Positions 1-9,362 of a DNA stretch of 64,000 nucleotides are shown here, piece after piece (within the stretch, counting starts at the first letter, position 1; every line of letters begins with the position of its first letter). Source of the stretch: an uncultured Chloroflexaceae bacterium (GTDB lineage Bacteria; Chloroflexota; Chloroflexia; Chloroflexales; Chloroflexaceae); assembly GCA_964575355.1 (NCBI GenBank), contig CAZNQP010000007.1:5038-69037 (forward strand), read 5' to 3'. The notes under the pieces are model-generated. The model made no database searches. It worked only from the letters and a program-made list of their open reading frames with translations, and was not told the origin of the DNA. Made by a program: the position numbers and the translations under genes.

Positions 1-30
1 CGCGAACTCGAAAGCACGCAGAGTGGGTGA
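1..30 (+). CDS. rpmC: ribosomal protein L29, C-terminal fragment (cut by window edge)
   Basis: Frame open from base 1, TGA at 28-30, directly upstream of S17 (canonical L29-S17 order). Only 9 codons are visible, so the call rests on synteny. Confidence 0.3.
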   Translation, partial: RELESTQSG

Positions 31-46
31 TGTGGGAGAAAACGGA

Positions 47-325
47 ATGACAACAGCAGCAACAACGACCCATCGCCTGACGAAAACCGGGCGGGTGGTC
101 AGTGACAAAATGGATAAAACGGTGGTGGTTGCGGTAGACTATTTGAAGCCGCACCCGCTGTATCGCAAGATTATGCGGCGGACGAAAAAGTTTCATGCCC
201 ACGACGAAGACAATAGTTGCAAAGTCGGGGATGTGGTACGGATCGAAGAAACGCGCCCGCTGAGCCGCACCAAGCATTGGCGCGTTGTGGCGATTGTGCA
301 ACGGTCAGAGGAGGTCAAGTCGTGA
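47..325 (+). CDS. rpsQ: 30S ribosomal protein S17
   Basis: ORF 23-325. ATG at 47 follows GGGAG (33-37). [16 protein letters not shown] and [19 protein letters not shown] are typical S17. Start 23 versus 47 is unresolved. Confidence 0.9.
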   Translation: MTTAATTTHRLTKTGRVVSDKMDKTVVVAVDYLKPHPLYRKIMRRTKKFHAHDEDNSCKVGDVVRIEETRPLSRTKHWRVVAIVQRSEEVKS

Positions 326-690
326 TCCAGCCACAAACCCGCCTGCGGGTTGCTGACAACACCGGGGCGAAAGAAATTATGTGTATCCGGGTGCTGGGTG
401 GTTCGCGCATGCGCTACGCACGGGTTGGCGACATGATTGTCGCCTCGGTGAAGGCTGCCGCCCCGAACGGCTCGGTGAAGAAGGGCGAGGTGGTACGTGC
501 CATTGTCGTCCGCACTGCCAAAGAGTACGGACGCGCCGACGGCTCGCACATCCGCTTCGATGACAACGCGGCTGTGATCGTGGGGCGCGAAAATAACCCG
601 CGCGGCACCCGTATCTTCGGACCGGTTGCCCGCGAATTGCGCGAGAAGCAACTGATGAAGATTGTGTCGCTTGCGCCGGAGGTCTTGTAA
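322..690 (+). CDS. rplN: 50S ribosomal protein L14
   Basis: GTG at 322 overlaps the S17 stop (GTGA). [27 protein letters not shown] is the canonical L14 N-terminus. Confidence 0.95.
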   Translation: MIQPQTRLRVADNTGAKEIMCIRVLGGSRMRYARVGDMIVASVKAAAPNGSVKKGEVVRAIVVRTAKEYGRADGSHIRFDDNAAVIVGRENNPRGTRIFGPVARELREKQLMKIVSLAPEVL

Positions 691-1046
691 TGCATATACG
701 CTCAGGCGATGAAGTCTTGGTCATCACGGGGAAAGACAAAGGGAAACGCGGCAAGATCAAGCAGGCGTTGCCCAGCGAAAACCGCGTGGTGGTCGAAGGT
801 ATCAATATGGTCAAACGCCACATGCGCCCGCGGGGTCCGGGCAAGCCGGGGGGCATTATAGATATGGAAGCCCCACTGCAAGCCTCGAACGTCATGCTGA
901 TCTGCCCATCTTGTGGGCGGGCATCGCGCACCGGCAAGCGGTTTCTTGAAGAGATTGACCACAAGGGACGACCGCGTAAAGTGCGCTTTTGCAAGGCGTG
1001 CGATGCCGTGATCGAACCGCCGACCCCACCGAAGAAGAGGAGCTAA
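690..1046 (+). CDS. rplX: 50S ribosomal protein L24 (Cys4-containing form)
   Basis: TAATG overlap with rplN. KOW motif [19 protein letters not shown]-terminal half carries CPSCG...CKAC. Confidence 0.95.
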   Translation: MHIRSGDEVLVITGKDKGKRGKIKQALPSENRVVVEGINMVKRHMRPRGPGKPGGIIDMEAPLQASNVMLICPSCGRASRTGKRFLEEIDHKGRPRKVRFCKACDAVIEPPTPPKKRS

Positions 1047-1053
1047 CGAGGCA

Positions 1054-1596
1054 ATGGCTACACGGCTGAAACAAAAATATTGGCAGGAAATCCAACCTGC
1101 CCTGCGCGATGAGCTTGGCTACGCCAGCCTGATGCAAGTGCCCCGTGTGACGAAAGTCGTCCTGAACATCGGGGTGGGCGAAGCCATCCAGAATGCCAAG
1201 TCGCTTGAGGCGGCGATGGGAGACCTCACGCTGATTGCGGGGCAGAAACCCATGATTACGCGGGCAAAGCGTTCGCTGGCAAGTTTTAAGTTGCGCGAAG
1301 GTATGGCAATCGGGACGATGGTCACGCTGCGGAATGACCGCATGTACGACTTCCTAGACCGCTTGATCAACCTCGCCCTGCCGCGCATCCGCGACTTTCG
1401 CGGGATCAGCCGTCGCTCGTTCGACGGGCGCGGCAACTATAGCTTGGGGCTGACCGAGCAGATCATGTTCCCGGAGATCGAGTATGACAAGGTGGACAAA
1501 GTGCGCGGGATGGAAGTTTCCATCGTGACTACCGCCCCCGACGATGCACAGGGGTACGCACTGCTCAAGCAATTCGGGATGCCGTTCCGCGACTGA
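1054..1596 (+). CDS. rplE: 50S ribosomal protein L5
   Basis: 180-aa ORF in the conserved position. LKQKYWQEI...[10 protein letters not shown]...[18 protein letters not shown] are typical L5. Confidence 0.95.
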   Translation: MATRLKQKYWQEIQPALRDELGYASLMQVPRVTKVVLNIGVGEAIQNAKSLEAAMGDLTLIAGQKPMITRAKRSLASFKLREGMAIGTMVTLRNDRMYDFLDRLINLALPRIRDFRGISRRSFDGRGNYSLGLTEQIMFPEIEYDKVDKVRGMEVSIVTTAPDDAQGYALLKQFGMPFRD

Positions 1597-1642
1597 GCGG
1601 GCGCGTCGCACAGGGAGAACACGACCCACAGGAGGGTGTGAA

Positions 1643-1828
1643 GTGGCGAAAAAATCTATGATAGTCAAGGCACAGACTCCGCAACGCTATCGCGTGCGGC
1701 AGTACAACCGCTGCAAAGTTTGCGGGCGGTCACGCTGGTACCTGCGGAAGTTTGGGATGTGCCGCATCTGTTTCCGTGAACACGCGCTCAAAGGGTTGAT
1801 CCCCGGCGTGACCAAATCGAGTTGGTAG
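1643..1828 (+). CDS. rpsZ: 30S ribosomal protein S14, short zinc-ribbon (type Z) form
   Basis: GTG at 1643 in frame with ORF 1544-1828. 61 aa with CKVCGR...CRIC. Lies between L5 and S8. Confidence 0.9.
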   Translation: MAKKSMIVKAQTPQRYRVRQYNRCKVCGRSRWYLRKFGMCRICFREHALKGLIPGVTKSSW

Positions 1829-1903
1829 GACGGTACTGGGAATACGAGCAGAAGCTCCCCTGACAGGTGCAGTTGCCCTCAGGAGTCTGTGGAGGAGGAC
1901 GCT

Positions 1904-2305
1904 GTGAGCGTTGTTAGTGACCCGATAGGCGATATGCTGACGCGCATTCGCAATGCGTGTATGGCACGCCACACTGAAGTGGTGATACCGTCATCGAAAA
2001 TCAAGATCGCAATTGCTGATATTCTGAAGCGCGAAGGCTTCATTAAAGATTATACGATTGTCGCAGGCACGCCGTATGACACGATCCGGTTGGCGTTGAA
2101 ATACGATCAAGACCGCCGCCCGGTCATCACGGGCTTGAAGCGCGTCAGCAAGCCGGGGCTGCGTATCTACACTGGGCGGGCGGACATTCCGCGCGTGCGG
2201 GGTGGGCTGGGGCTGAGTATCCTGTCTACGCCGAAGGGCGTGCTCGCAGGGCACGAGGCGTGGCAGCAGCGCGTGGGCGGCGAGGTGCTGTGCTACGTTT
2301 GGTAG
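1904..2305 (+). CDS. rpsH: 30S ribosomal protein S8
   Basis: GTG at 1904 lies 5 nt after GGAGGAGG (1892-1899). [13 protein letters not shown] is the S8 signature. Confidence 0.93.
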   Translation: MSVVSDPIGDMLTRIRNACMARHTEVVIPSSKIKIAIADILKREGFIKDYTIVAGTPYDTIRLALKYDQDRRPVITGLKRVSKPGLRIYTGRADIPRVRGGLGLSILSTPKGVLAGHEAWQQRVGGEVLCYVW

Positions 2306-2329
2306 TCAACGGACAGAGAGGAAGCGGGA

Positions 2330-2890
2330 ATGTCACGTATTGGAAAAAAACCTATTCCTGTACCGGCGAAGGTGACGGTCAGCATTGACGAAACCAATTG
2401 CGTTACCGTCAAGGGACCGAAGGGCGAACTGCAACAGGCACTCAGCCCAGAGATGGAAATCACGCAGGAGGACGGACAGATCACCGTCACGCGCCCCAGC
2501 GACAGCAAGATGCATCGCTCGCTCCATGGGCTAACGCGCACCCTGCTTTATAATATGATCGTCGGCGTGACGGATGGCTGGGAGCGGAAACTGGAAATCA
2601 ACGGCGTGGGCTACCGTGCCCAGCTTGAGGGTAAGACCCTCGTGTTGAACCTCGGCTTCTCGCACCCCATCCGTATGGAGCCGCCCGAAAATATTAGCTA
2701 TGTTGTGGGCGACCGCAAGAGCGCGAGCGACCCGCAGTTGCTGACCATCCAAGGCATCAATAAGCAGGTGGTGGGGCAGCAGGCGGCGCGTATCCGAGGT
2801 ATGCGCCCCCCAGAACCCTACAAGGGCAAGGGCGTAAAGTATTTGGAAGAACGTATTCGGCGCAAGGCAGGCAAGGCAGGCAAGAAGTAG
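2330..2890 (+). CDS. rplF: 50S ribosomal protein L6
   Basis: MSRIGKKPIPVPAKVTV...VKGPKGEL...GVGYRA are typical L6. Conserved order. Confidence 0.95.
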   Translation: MSRIGKKPIPVPAKVTVSIDETNCVTVKGPKGELQQALSPEMEITQEDGQITVTRPSDSKMHRSLHGLTRTLLYNMIVGVTDGWERKLEINGVGYRAQLEGKTLVLNLGFSHPIRMEPPENISYVVGDRKSASDPQLLTIQGINKQVVGQQAARIRGMRPPEPYKGKGVKYLEERIRRKAGKAGKK

Positions 2891-2959
2891 CCCCTGCCCG
2901 GCGCGGGGAACCAAACCTAGGCAGGGGATGGAATCCCTGCCGCACAAGGAGTATACCCA

Positions 2960-3325
2960 ATGGCAAAGATGACCCCACGCGAACAGCGTATCCGGCGGCA
3001 CCGCCGCATTCGCAAAAAGCTGTCGGGCAGCACCGAGCGTCCGCGCCTGTGTGTCTTTCGCAGCAACCAGCACATCTATGTGCAGATCATTGACGACGTA
3101 GTTGGGCGCACGCTGGTCGCCGCTTCGACGAAAGACCGCGCCGCCCGCGACCGGGTGACGGTCGCGAGCAAGACCGAAGCATCCACCGCCGTTGGCAAGC
3201 TGATTGCCGAGCGTGCCCTCGATGCGGGCATCAAGCAGGTGGTCTTTGACCGGGGGGGCTATCGCTATCACGGTCGGGTGAAAGCTGTTGCTGATGCAGC
3301 CCGCGAAGCTGGGTTGGATTTCTAA
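2960..3325 (+). CDS. rplR: 50S ribosomal protein L18
   Basis: [10 protein letters not shown]...RPRL.VFRSN.HIYVQ..DD and C-terminal [23 protein letters not shown] are typical L18. Confidence 0.95.
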   Translation: MAKMTPREQRIRRHRRIRKKLSGSTERPRLCVFRSNQHIYVQIIDDVVGRTLVAASTKDRAARDRVTVASKTEASTAVGKLIAERALDAGIKQVVFDRGGYRYHGRVKAVADAAREAGLDF

Positions 3326-3344
3326 GAGATAAGGATAGACAACT

Positions 3345-3929
3345 GTGGCACGCAATAGACGATTGGTAAGCCCGGAAACGCTCGAACTGACCGAGCGTGT
3401 TGTCCAAATCAACCGGGTGTCAAAAGTAGTGAAGGGCGGTCGTCGCTTTAGCTTCAGCACCATTGTGGTAGTGGGTGATGGCGACGGGCACGTTGGCGTG
3501 GGCATGGGCAAATCCGCCGAGGTGCCCGAGTCGATCCGTAAGGCAATTGAAGCCGCCAAGAAAAGTATGATCCGGGTGCCGATGGTCAACAGCACCATCC
3601 CGCACGAGGTCGTGAGCAAGTTTGCGTCGTCGAAGGTGATGCTGCGCCCTGCCGCCCCCGGTACGGGGGTCATCGCGGGGAGCGGGGTTCGTGCCGTGCT
3701 CGAAGCCGCTGGGGTGCGCGACATTCTGACCAAAGCCTACGGCAGCAACAATTCGGTCAACGTTGTGAAGGCAACCTATCAGGCACTGTCCGAGTTGGTA
3801 TCGCTCGAAGAAGTTGCCCGCAAGCGCGACCTCACGCCATACGAGTTGCGGATGCGCGTGTTCCGGCGCGAACTCCCGGCAGCCCCGGTGGTAACCGGCG
3901 CAGACGACGAGGAGACGAGCGATGAGTAA
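3345..3929 (+). CDS. rpsE: 30S ribosomal protein S5
   Basis: GTG start after [21 protein letters not shown]...VVGDG.G.VG.G.GKS.EV are typical S5. Modest C-terminal extension. Confidence 0.95.
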   Translation: MARNRRLVSPETLELTERVVQINRVSKVVKGGRRFSFSTIVVVGDGDGHVGVGMGKSAEVPESIRKAIEAAKKSMIRVPMVNSTIPHEVVSKFASSKVMLRPAAPGTGVIAGSGVRAVLEAAGVRDILTKAYGSNNSVNVVKATYQALSELVSLEEVARKRDLTPYELRMRVFRRELPAAPVVTGADDEETSDE

Positions 3930-4449
3930 ACTACGGATTACCTATGTCAAAAGCAGCATTGGCTATGCGCGTGACCAGAAAGAGACCATCAAGGCACTTG
4001 GTCTACGCAAGCTGAACCACTATGTCGAACGCCCCGATAACCCGTCGGTGCGCGGCATGGTCGAGAAGGTGAAGCACCTCGTGCGCGTTGAGGATGCCGA
4101 CGCGGTGCCCGCACCCACCAAGCCTGTGACGCGCCGCCCTAGGGTGATAGCCACACCGGATGCGTCCGGCACGGCGGCACCCGTCGCCGCCGCGGACGAC
4201 GCGACACCCGTCGCCGATGCGGACGATGCGGCACCCGTCGCCGCCGCGGATGCAACGGCAGACGACAGCACAAGCAACGACGCGGGCGACACTGTACCCG
4301 TCGCCGATGCGGACGATGCGGCACCCGTCGCCGACGCGGACGCAACGGCTGATGACAGCACAAGCAACGACGCGAGCGGTGAAGACGCTAGCGGTGAAAC
4401 GGATAGCAAGCAGGACACGACGAAGGGGGCAGGTAATGAAACTGCATGA
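3922..4449 (+). CDS. rpmD: 50S ribosomal protein L30 with ~115-aa acidic repeat-containing C-terminal extension
   Basis: First ~60 aa are L30-like ([15 protein letters not shown]...[16 protein letters not shown]). The frame then stays open to TGA at 4447-4449. Overlaps S5 by 8 nt and L15 by 14 nt. Confidence 0.85.
   Translation: MSKLRITYVKSSIGYARDQKETIKALGLRKLNHYVERPDNPSVRGMVEKVKHLVRVEDADAVPAPTKPVTRRPRVIATPDASGTAAPVAAADDATPVADADDAAPVAAADATADDSTSNDAGDTVPVADADDAAPVADADATADDSTSNDASGEDASGETDSKQDTTKGAGNETA
4205..4384 (+). repeat. 90-bp tandem duplication (2 copies) inside the L30 tail
   Basis: 4205-4294 and 4295-4384 align with a few substitutions. Each encodes about [12 protein letters not shown](A/D)AD(A)[10 protein letters not shown]. 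Confidence 0.85.
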
Positions 4450-4966
4450 CCTGAAGCCAGCCGAAGGGTCACGCCAGACCAGCAAGCGCATCGGGCGCGG
4501 CTACGGTTCGGGCAAAGGCAAGACCGGCGGTAAAGGGATGATGGGGCAGAAGGCGCGTGCCGGACGCGGAGCCTACCGTACCTTTGAAGGTGGGCAGAAC
4601 CGTATCGTCAAGCGCATGCCCTTCAAGCGCGGATTCGTCAATATCTGGCGCACCGAATACCAAATTGTCAACGTCGAAACATTGCAAGGGTGGGCACCCG
4701 ACACCGAGGTGTCGCCCGCAACGTTGCTAGAAGCACGGGTTATTCGGAAAAAGCATGTGCCCGTGAAAATCCTTGGCGACGGCGACCTGTCGCAAAAGCT
4801 GACCGTGCGTGCCCATAAGTTTTCGGGCAACGCACGCGCCAAGATTGAAGCGGCGGGCGGCACTGTTGAAGAGTTGCCGCTCAACACCGAGCGACGCAGC
4901 CGCAGCAAGGGACCGAACCCGGCAATGCGGAAGCGGCGTATGGCTGAGCCGTCTTCGGGCGCGTAG
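4436..4966 (+). CDS. rplO: 50S ribosomal protein L15
   Basis: ATG at 4436. [32 protein letters not shown] is the canonical L15 N-terminus. Confidence 0.93.
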   Translation: MKLHDLKPAEGSRQTSKRIGRGYGSGKGKTGGKGMMGQKARAGRGAYRTFEGGQNRIVKRMPFKRGFVNIWRTEYQIVNVETLQGWAPDTEVSPATLLEARVIRKKHVPVKILGDGDLSQKLTVRAHKFSGNARAKIEAAGGTVEELPLNTERRSRSKGPNPAMRKRRMAEPSSGA

Positions 4967-5017
4967 GCGGGCGATACACGATAGCGCGAGAGCCTTAACA
5001 GGAAGGAGCCACTGAGG

Positions 5018-6358
5018 ATGTTACAGGCGGTCACCAGAGCGATGCAACTGCCCGATGTCCGGGCACGCATTCTCTTCACGTTGAGTATGCTGTTGCTATT
5101 TCGCTTGATTGCCCATATCCCGGTACCAAATATCAACCCGCAAGCCCTTGGCGATTTGCAGCAAGCCCTGCAAAACAACCAGCTTGCCCAGTTGTTGAAT
5201 ATTTTTTCGGGTGGGGCGTTACAAAACTTTTCGGTGGCGGCAATGGGGGTCTATCCCTACATTACGGCGACCATCATCATTCAGTTGCTCCAGCCGGTTA
5301 TTCCGCACTTCGAAGAACTCGCCAAAGAAGGGGAGCAGGGGCGCATCAAGCTCAACCGCTACCAGATGTGGCTGACCATCCCGCTTGCGATGCTGCAAGC
5401 CTATGGGCAAACGCTCGCCCTCGAAAGTTCGTTAGGTGCGGGAACCTCGCTGTTCCGCTCGCCGTTCGACCTGTTTAACAACTTTCTGCCGACGTTCACC
5501 ATCATTATGTCAATGACGGGAGGGACAATGCTGCTGGTGTGGCTCGGTGAGTTGATCAACGAGCGCGGCATTGGCAACGGCATCTCGATTATCATCTTTG
5601 GCGGCATTGTCTCGCGCATCCCGGCGTTAGTCTGGGAAGGTGTGACTATTGGGCAAGCGGGCGGACCGGAAACGATCTTCGGGCTGTTCCTCTTCTTGCT
5701 GATAGGGTTGCTGACCATTGTCGGCATTGTCTACCTGAACGAAGGGCAACGGCGCATCCCGGTGCAGTATGCTAAGCGTGTACGTGGCAACAAGGTGTAT
5801 GGTGGGCAATCCAGCCACATTCCGCTCAAGGTGAACATGGCGGGCATGATCCCGCTCATCTTCGCCCAGAGCGTCATCATCTTTCCCGGCGTGGTGGCAT
5901 CGTGGTTCTACCGCCCCGGCGAAGAAGGCATCGGCAACGACATCGCGGGCTTCTTTTACAACACGTTCAACCCCACGGGGGTCGGCGGTGGTCTCGTCTA
6001 TTCGTTACTGCTGTTTCTACTGGTGGTGGGCTTCACCTACTTCTACACACTGGTTATCTTCCAGCAGCAGAATATCCCTGAGTCGTTGCAGCGTAACGGC
6101 GGGTTTATTCCGGGGCAACGTCCGGGCAAGCGCACCGAGGAATACCTGATGCGGATCGTCAACCGTATCACGCTGTTTGGAGCAGTATCGCTTGGGGTCA
6201 TTGCGGTTATGCCGTTTGTCACGCAGGCAATCACCGGGATACAGATCGGGCTGGGAGCTGCGGCACTCCTGATTGTTGTCGGGGTGGCAATTGACACCAT
6301 GCGGCAACTCGAAGCGCAACTGATCATGCGTAACTATGAAGGTTTCATCAACCGATAG
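5018..6358 (+). CDS. secY: preprotein translocase subunit SecY
   Basis: 446-aa polytopic membrane protein after L15. LGELINERGIGNGISIIIF and QRRIPVQYAKR are typical SecY. Confidence 0.97.
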   Translation: MLQAVTRAMQLPDVRARILFTLSMLLLFRLIAHIPVPNINPQALGDLQQALQNNQLAQLLNIFSGGALQNFSVAAMGVYPYITATIIIQLLQPVIPHFEELAKEGEQGRIKLNRYQMWLTIPLAMLQAYGQTLALESSLGAGTSLFRSPFDLFNNFLPTFTIIMSMTGGTMLLVWLGELINERGIGNGISIIIFGGIVSRIPALVWEGVTIGQAGGPETIFGLFLFLLIGLLTIVGIVYLNEGQRRIPVQYAKRVRGNKVYGGQSSHIPLKVNMAGMIPLIFAQSVIIFPGVVASWFYRPGEEGIGNDIAGFFYNTFNPTGVGGGLVYSLLLFLLVVGFTYFYTLVIFQQQNIPESLQRNGGFIPGQRPGKRTEEYLMRIVNRITLFGAVSLGVIAVMPFVTQAITGIQIGLGAAALLIVVGVAIDTMRQLEAQLIMRNYEGFINR

Positions 6359-6515
6359 ACGCGATAGACTACGGAAGCTACCGGGGCAGGCAGGGTTGCT
6401 TGCTGATTGGTAGGCGGTAACATAGGGAAGTGGGTGCCTTGAACGAAATGGTTCACCTGCAACACAGAGCAGTGTGGTTGCGACAGAGCGAACAACCACG
6501 CTAGGGAGTGGGACA

Positions 6516-7181
6516 ATGTACGTGATTTTGCTGGGACCTCCCGGCGCGGGCAAAGGGACGCAGGCGAAGGGGCTGAGCGAAGCGACGGGCATGGTGCATG
6601 TATCGAGCGGCGACCTGTTTCGGGCGGCACTACGCGATGGCACCGACCTCGGCATGCAAGCCAAGTCATACATGGACAAGGGCGAACTGGTGCCCGATGA
6701 CGTGGTGATTGGCATGATTCTGGAGCGCATCGCCCAACCTGACTGCCAAGCCGGGGGCGTGCTGTTCGACGGCTTCCCGCGCACGGCAGACCAAGCGCAG
6801 GCACTCGAAGTTGCGCTCGGCAAGCAGAACGTCAGCATTGATGCGGTGCTGCTGTTCGATGTACCGGACGAGGTACTGGTGAAGCGGGTGAGTGGGCGCA
6901 TCACGTCGCAGAGCACTGGCGAAGTGTACAACCGCTTCTTCAACCCGCCGCGTGACGCTGACGGCAACGACATTTCGGGCGACGCGGACTTTGTGCAGCG
7001 TCCTGACGACAACGCGGAGACGGTACAAAACCGCCTGCGCGTCTACCGCGAGCAGACGGAGCCGCTGATAGCCTACTATCGGGGCAAAGGGTTGTTGCGT
7101 GAGATCAATGGCGACCAAGGGCTGGATGAAGTCCGCGATGCCATGATAGTAGCCCTCGGTCTCGATAGCCAGAGCGCATAG
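6516..7181 (+). CDS. adk: adenylate kinase
   Basis: ATG at 6516 after GGGAG. P-loop [13 protein letters not shown]. The short LID region has no Cys4. Confidence 0.93.
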   Translation: MYVILLGPPGAGKGTQAKGLSEATGMVHVSSGDLFRAALRDGTDLGMQAKSYMDKGELVPDDVVIGMILERIAQPDCQAGGVLFDGFPRTADQAQALEVALGKQNVSIDAVLLFDVPDEVLVKRVSGRITSQSTGEVYNRFFNPPRDADGNDISGDADFVQRPDDNAETVQNRLRVYREQTEPLIAYYRGKGLLREINGDQGLDEVRDAMIVALGLDSQSA

Positions 7182-7209
7182 GGGCAAGCCACAGCGAGAA
7201 AGGGGCAGC

Positions 7210-7431
7210 ATGTCGAAAAGCAAGGACGTGATCGAGATGGAGGGGACGATTATCGAGCTGTTGCCAAATGCCCAGTTTAAAGTGGAACTGGAGAATGGGC
7301 ACGAAGTCTTAGCACACATTTCGGGCAAAATGCGGATGAACTACATCCGCATTCTCAAAGGTGATAAGGTGCTCGTTGAATTGTCGCCCTACGATCTGAA
7401 ACGCGGGCGCATCACCTACCGCTATAAATAA
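7210..7431 (+). CDS. infA: translation initiation factor IF-1
   Basis: 73 aa. [62 protein letters not shown]. Confidence 0.97.
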   Translation: MSKSKDVIEMEGTIIELLPNAQFKVELENGHEVLAHISGKMRMNYIRILKGDKVLVELSPYDLKRGRITYRYK

Positions 7432-7493
7432 GCGATGGGGGGCGATTCGCCGCGTGATAGACCAAATAGGGTCTAGCACTCTGCCCCGTTTTG

Positions 7494-7502
7494 TGTCATA
7501 AT
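7494..7502 (+). promoter_or_regulatory. extended -10 element TGTCATAAT (candidate internal promoter for the alpha operon)
   Basis: TGn+CATAAT in the 139-bp infA-rpmJ spacer. Overlaps a 12-bp perfect palindrome, ATACCATGGTAT (7501-7512). Confidence 0.4.
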
Positions 7503-7570
7503 ACCATGGTATGCTTGCGCCCCATGCGGTTTGCTGTAGGGTGCGCTTCACTGTGAAGGGAGAAGCAGCG

Positions 7571-7687
7571 ATGAAAGTACGGGCATCGGTCAAGCCGCGC
7601 TGCGAGTACTGCAAGGTCATTAAGCGTCGGGGTATCATCCGGGTGATTTGTAGCCGGAACCCCAAACATAAGCAGCGTCAGGGCTAG
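7571..7687 (+). CDS. rpmJ: 50S ribosomal protein L36 (zinc-binding form)
   Basis: Not in the ORF track (38 aa). [38 protein letters not shown], hand-translated. GGGAG-containing SD upstream. Confidence 0.92.
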   Translation: MKVRASVKPRCEYCKVIKRRGIIRVICSRNPKHKQRQG

Positions 7688-7739
7688 CGAGGCGGCACGC
7701 GCCCGCGTCGCGCCGCGACAGGAAAGAGGATAGACAACT

Positions 7740-8120
7740 ATGGCACGGATTGCGGGTGTTGATATTCCACGCAATAAGAAGCTCGAAATTGCCATCACCT
7801 ACATCTATGGCATGGGTCCGACCAACAGTGCCGAAGCGATTGCGCGGGCGAAGGTCAACCCGACAACGCGCGTGCGTGACCTGACCGAAGACGAAATCGG
7901 GCGGTTGCGCGAGGTGGTCGAAAAAGAATACCTCGTCGAGGGGGATTTGCGCCGCGAAGTCCAGATGAATATCAAGCGATTGATGGACATTGGGTGCTAC
8001 CGGGGTCTTCGTCACCGCAAGGGCTTGCCAGTCCACGGGCAACGGACGCGCACCAACGCGCGTACCCGGCGTGGGCGCAAGGGCACGGCAATCGGCATTA
8101 AGAAGAAGGTCAAGAAGTAA
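7740..8120 (+). CDS. rpsM: 30S ribosomal protein S13
   Basis: [13 protein letters not shown]...YRG.RHR.GLPV.GQRT.TNART. Confidence 0.96.
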   Translation: MARIAGVDIPRNKKLEIAITYIYGMGPTNSAEAIARAKVNPTTRVRDLTEDEIGRLREVVEKEYLVEGDLRREVQMNIKRLMDIGCYRGLRHRKGLPVHGQRTRTNARTRRGRKGTAIGIKKKVKK

Positions 8121-8148
8121 GTAGTAGGCACAGCGAGGGAGAAACAGC

Positions 8149-8562
8149 ATGCCCCCGAAATCAAACAAGGGTGCTGCCGGGCGGCGGCAACGCGGTAAGC
8201 GCAAAGAGCGGAAAAATATACCGCGTGGTCAAGTGCATATTCAAAGCACGTTCAACAATACCATCGTGACCATCACCGACCCGCAGGGAGCGGTGGTGTG
8301 CTGGGCAAGTTCGGGGCAGTCGGGCTTCAAGGGGTCGCGCAAGAGTACCCCCTATGCCGCGCAGGTTGCTGCCGAATCGGCGGCTCGCAAGGCGATGGAA
8401 AACGGGATGCGCGAAGTCGAAGTCTTCGTGAAGGGTCCCGGTTCGGGGCGCGAAGCTGCGGTACGCTCGTTGCAGGCGGCTGGGTTGCAGGTCAAGGCGA
8501 TTACCGATGTTACGCCGCTGCCGCACAACGGGTGCCGCCCACCCAAGCGTCGCCGCGTCTGA
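8149..8562 (+). CDS. rpsK: 30S ribosomal protein S11
   Basis: [16 protein letters not shown]....[16 protein letters not shown]. Confidence 0.96.
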   Translation: MPPKSNKGAAGRRQRGKRKERKNIPRGQVHIQSTFNNTIVTITDPQGAVVCWASSGQSGFKGSRKSTPYAAQVAAESAARKAMENGMREVEVFVKGPGSGREAAVRSLQAAGLQVKAITDVTPLPHNGCRPPKRRRV

Positions 8563-8636
8563 GCGCACAACCGTAGCGGTGCGGCGGGGTTCTGCCTGCC
8601 ATCGCTTCAGTCTTATAGGGAGGACAGACGAGCACT

Positions 8637-9257
8637 ATGTCACGCTATCGCGGACCAGTCGGCAAAGTGAGTCGGCGACTTGGGCTAGGCATCTCGGAGA
8701 AGGGGCAACGGGTATTGAACCGCCGCCCCACCCCGCCGGGGCAGCACGGACCAAACGCCCGTCGGCGGCAGGTTTCGGACTACGGGCTACAACTGCTGGA
8801 AAAGCAGAAAGCCCGCTATATGTATGGGGTACACGAGCGGCAATTCCGGCGGCTGTTTGCAAAAGCGAACCGCCAAGGTGGTGTCACAGGCGACAACCTG
8901 ATGAGCCTGCTCGAACGGCGGCTCGATAACACGGTGTATCGCTTGGGGTTGGCTGCCACACGCGCCCAAGCACGCCAGATTGTCAACCACGGGCACATTA
9001 CGATCAATGGGCGCAAGACGAACATCCCATCCTTCACCGTGCGCGTCGGCGACAAAATCGGTGTGCGTGAGCAGAGCCGCAGTCGTACCTACTTCAAGAA
9101 CTTGGTAGACAGCGGCGACCTCGCGCGGGCAAGCACCCCCGACTGGCTGTTTTTCAATGCCAGTGAAATGGTGGGCGATGTGGTAGCCCTGCCGAACCGT
9201 GACGATGCCGAAGCCGGCATTAACGAGCAGTTGATTGTTGAATATTATAGCCGCTAG
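8637..9257 (+). CDS. rpsD: 30S ribosomal protein S4
   Basis: MSRYRGP..K.SRRLG...EKQK.RY.YGV.ERQF, S4 domain LDN.VYRLG.A.TR.QARQ.V.HGHI..NG. Confidence 0.96.
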   Translation: MSRYRGPVGKVSRRLGLGISEKGQRVLNRRPTPPGQHGPNARRRQVSDYGLQLLEKQKARYMYGVHERQFRRLFAKANRQGGVTGDNLMSLLERRLDNTVYRLGLAATRAQARQIVNHGHITINGRKTNIPSFTVRVGDKIGVREQSRSRTYFKNLVDSGDLARASTPDWLFFNASEMVGDVVALPNRDDAEAGINEQLIVEYYSR

Positions 9258-9362
9258 GCTGGGGCAGCACCCCTGCCGGGCGGGCAGCCACTGGCACACC
9301 AACCGCATCGCGGGCAGTCGGTGTGCAGGCTGCATTACCGTGATAGATAAAGGAGGCGATCC

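Noticed and set aside
690-1046. CxxC...CxxC zinc-ribbon-like insertion in L24 as a possible novelty.
   Set aside because: I recall Thermus L24 carrying a very similar CPACG...CAKCG segment. This is most likely a known lineage variant rather than something new. It is noted in the feature evidence only.
2531-3733. 400-aa ORF on the minus strand opposite L6, L18 and S5. Similar long antisense ORFs occur at 6017-7012, 15126-15941, 29500-30765, 36853-37845, 37948-38682, 40513-41841, 41896-42981, 43271-44272 and 59326-60222.
   Set aside because: They lie exactly antisense to genes with unmistakable conserved products. They are Arg/Ala/Gly/Pro-rich with no motifs. They are the expected stop-poor shadow frames of G+C-rich coding DNA.
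4160-4435. Upstream extension of the L15 frame (Arg/Pro-rich RHPSP repeats), suggesting an N-terminally extended L15 or dual coding with the L30 tail.
   Set aside because: The ATG at 4436 gives the canonical L15 N-terminus (MKLHDLKP). The upstream frame is open only because the GAC/GCC repeat lacks stops in five of six frames. There is no independent evidence of translation.
6359-6515. 157-bp secY-adk spacer with a 7-bp stem (GTGGTTG...CAACCAC, 6473-6498) as a regulatory RNA.
   Set aside because: It is a single short hairpin next to the adk SD, with no recognisable motif or repeat. That is insufficient to call anything beyond a possible mRNA processing or stability element.
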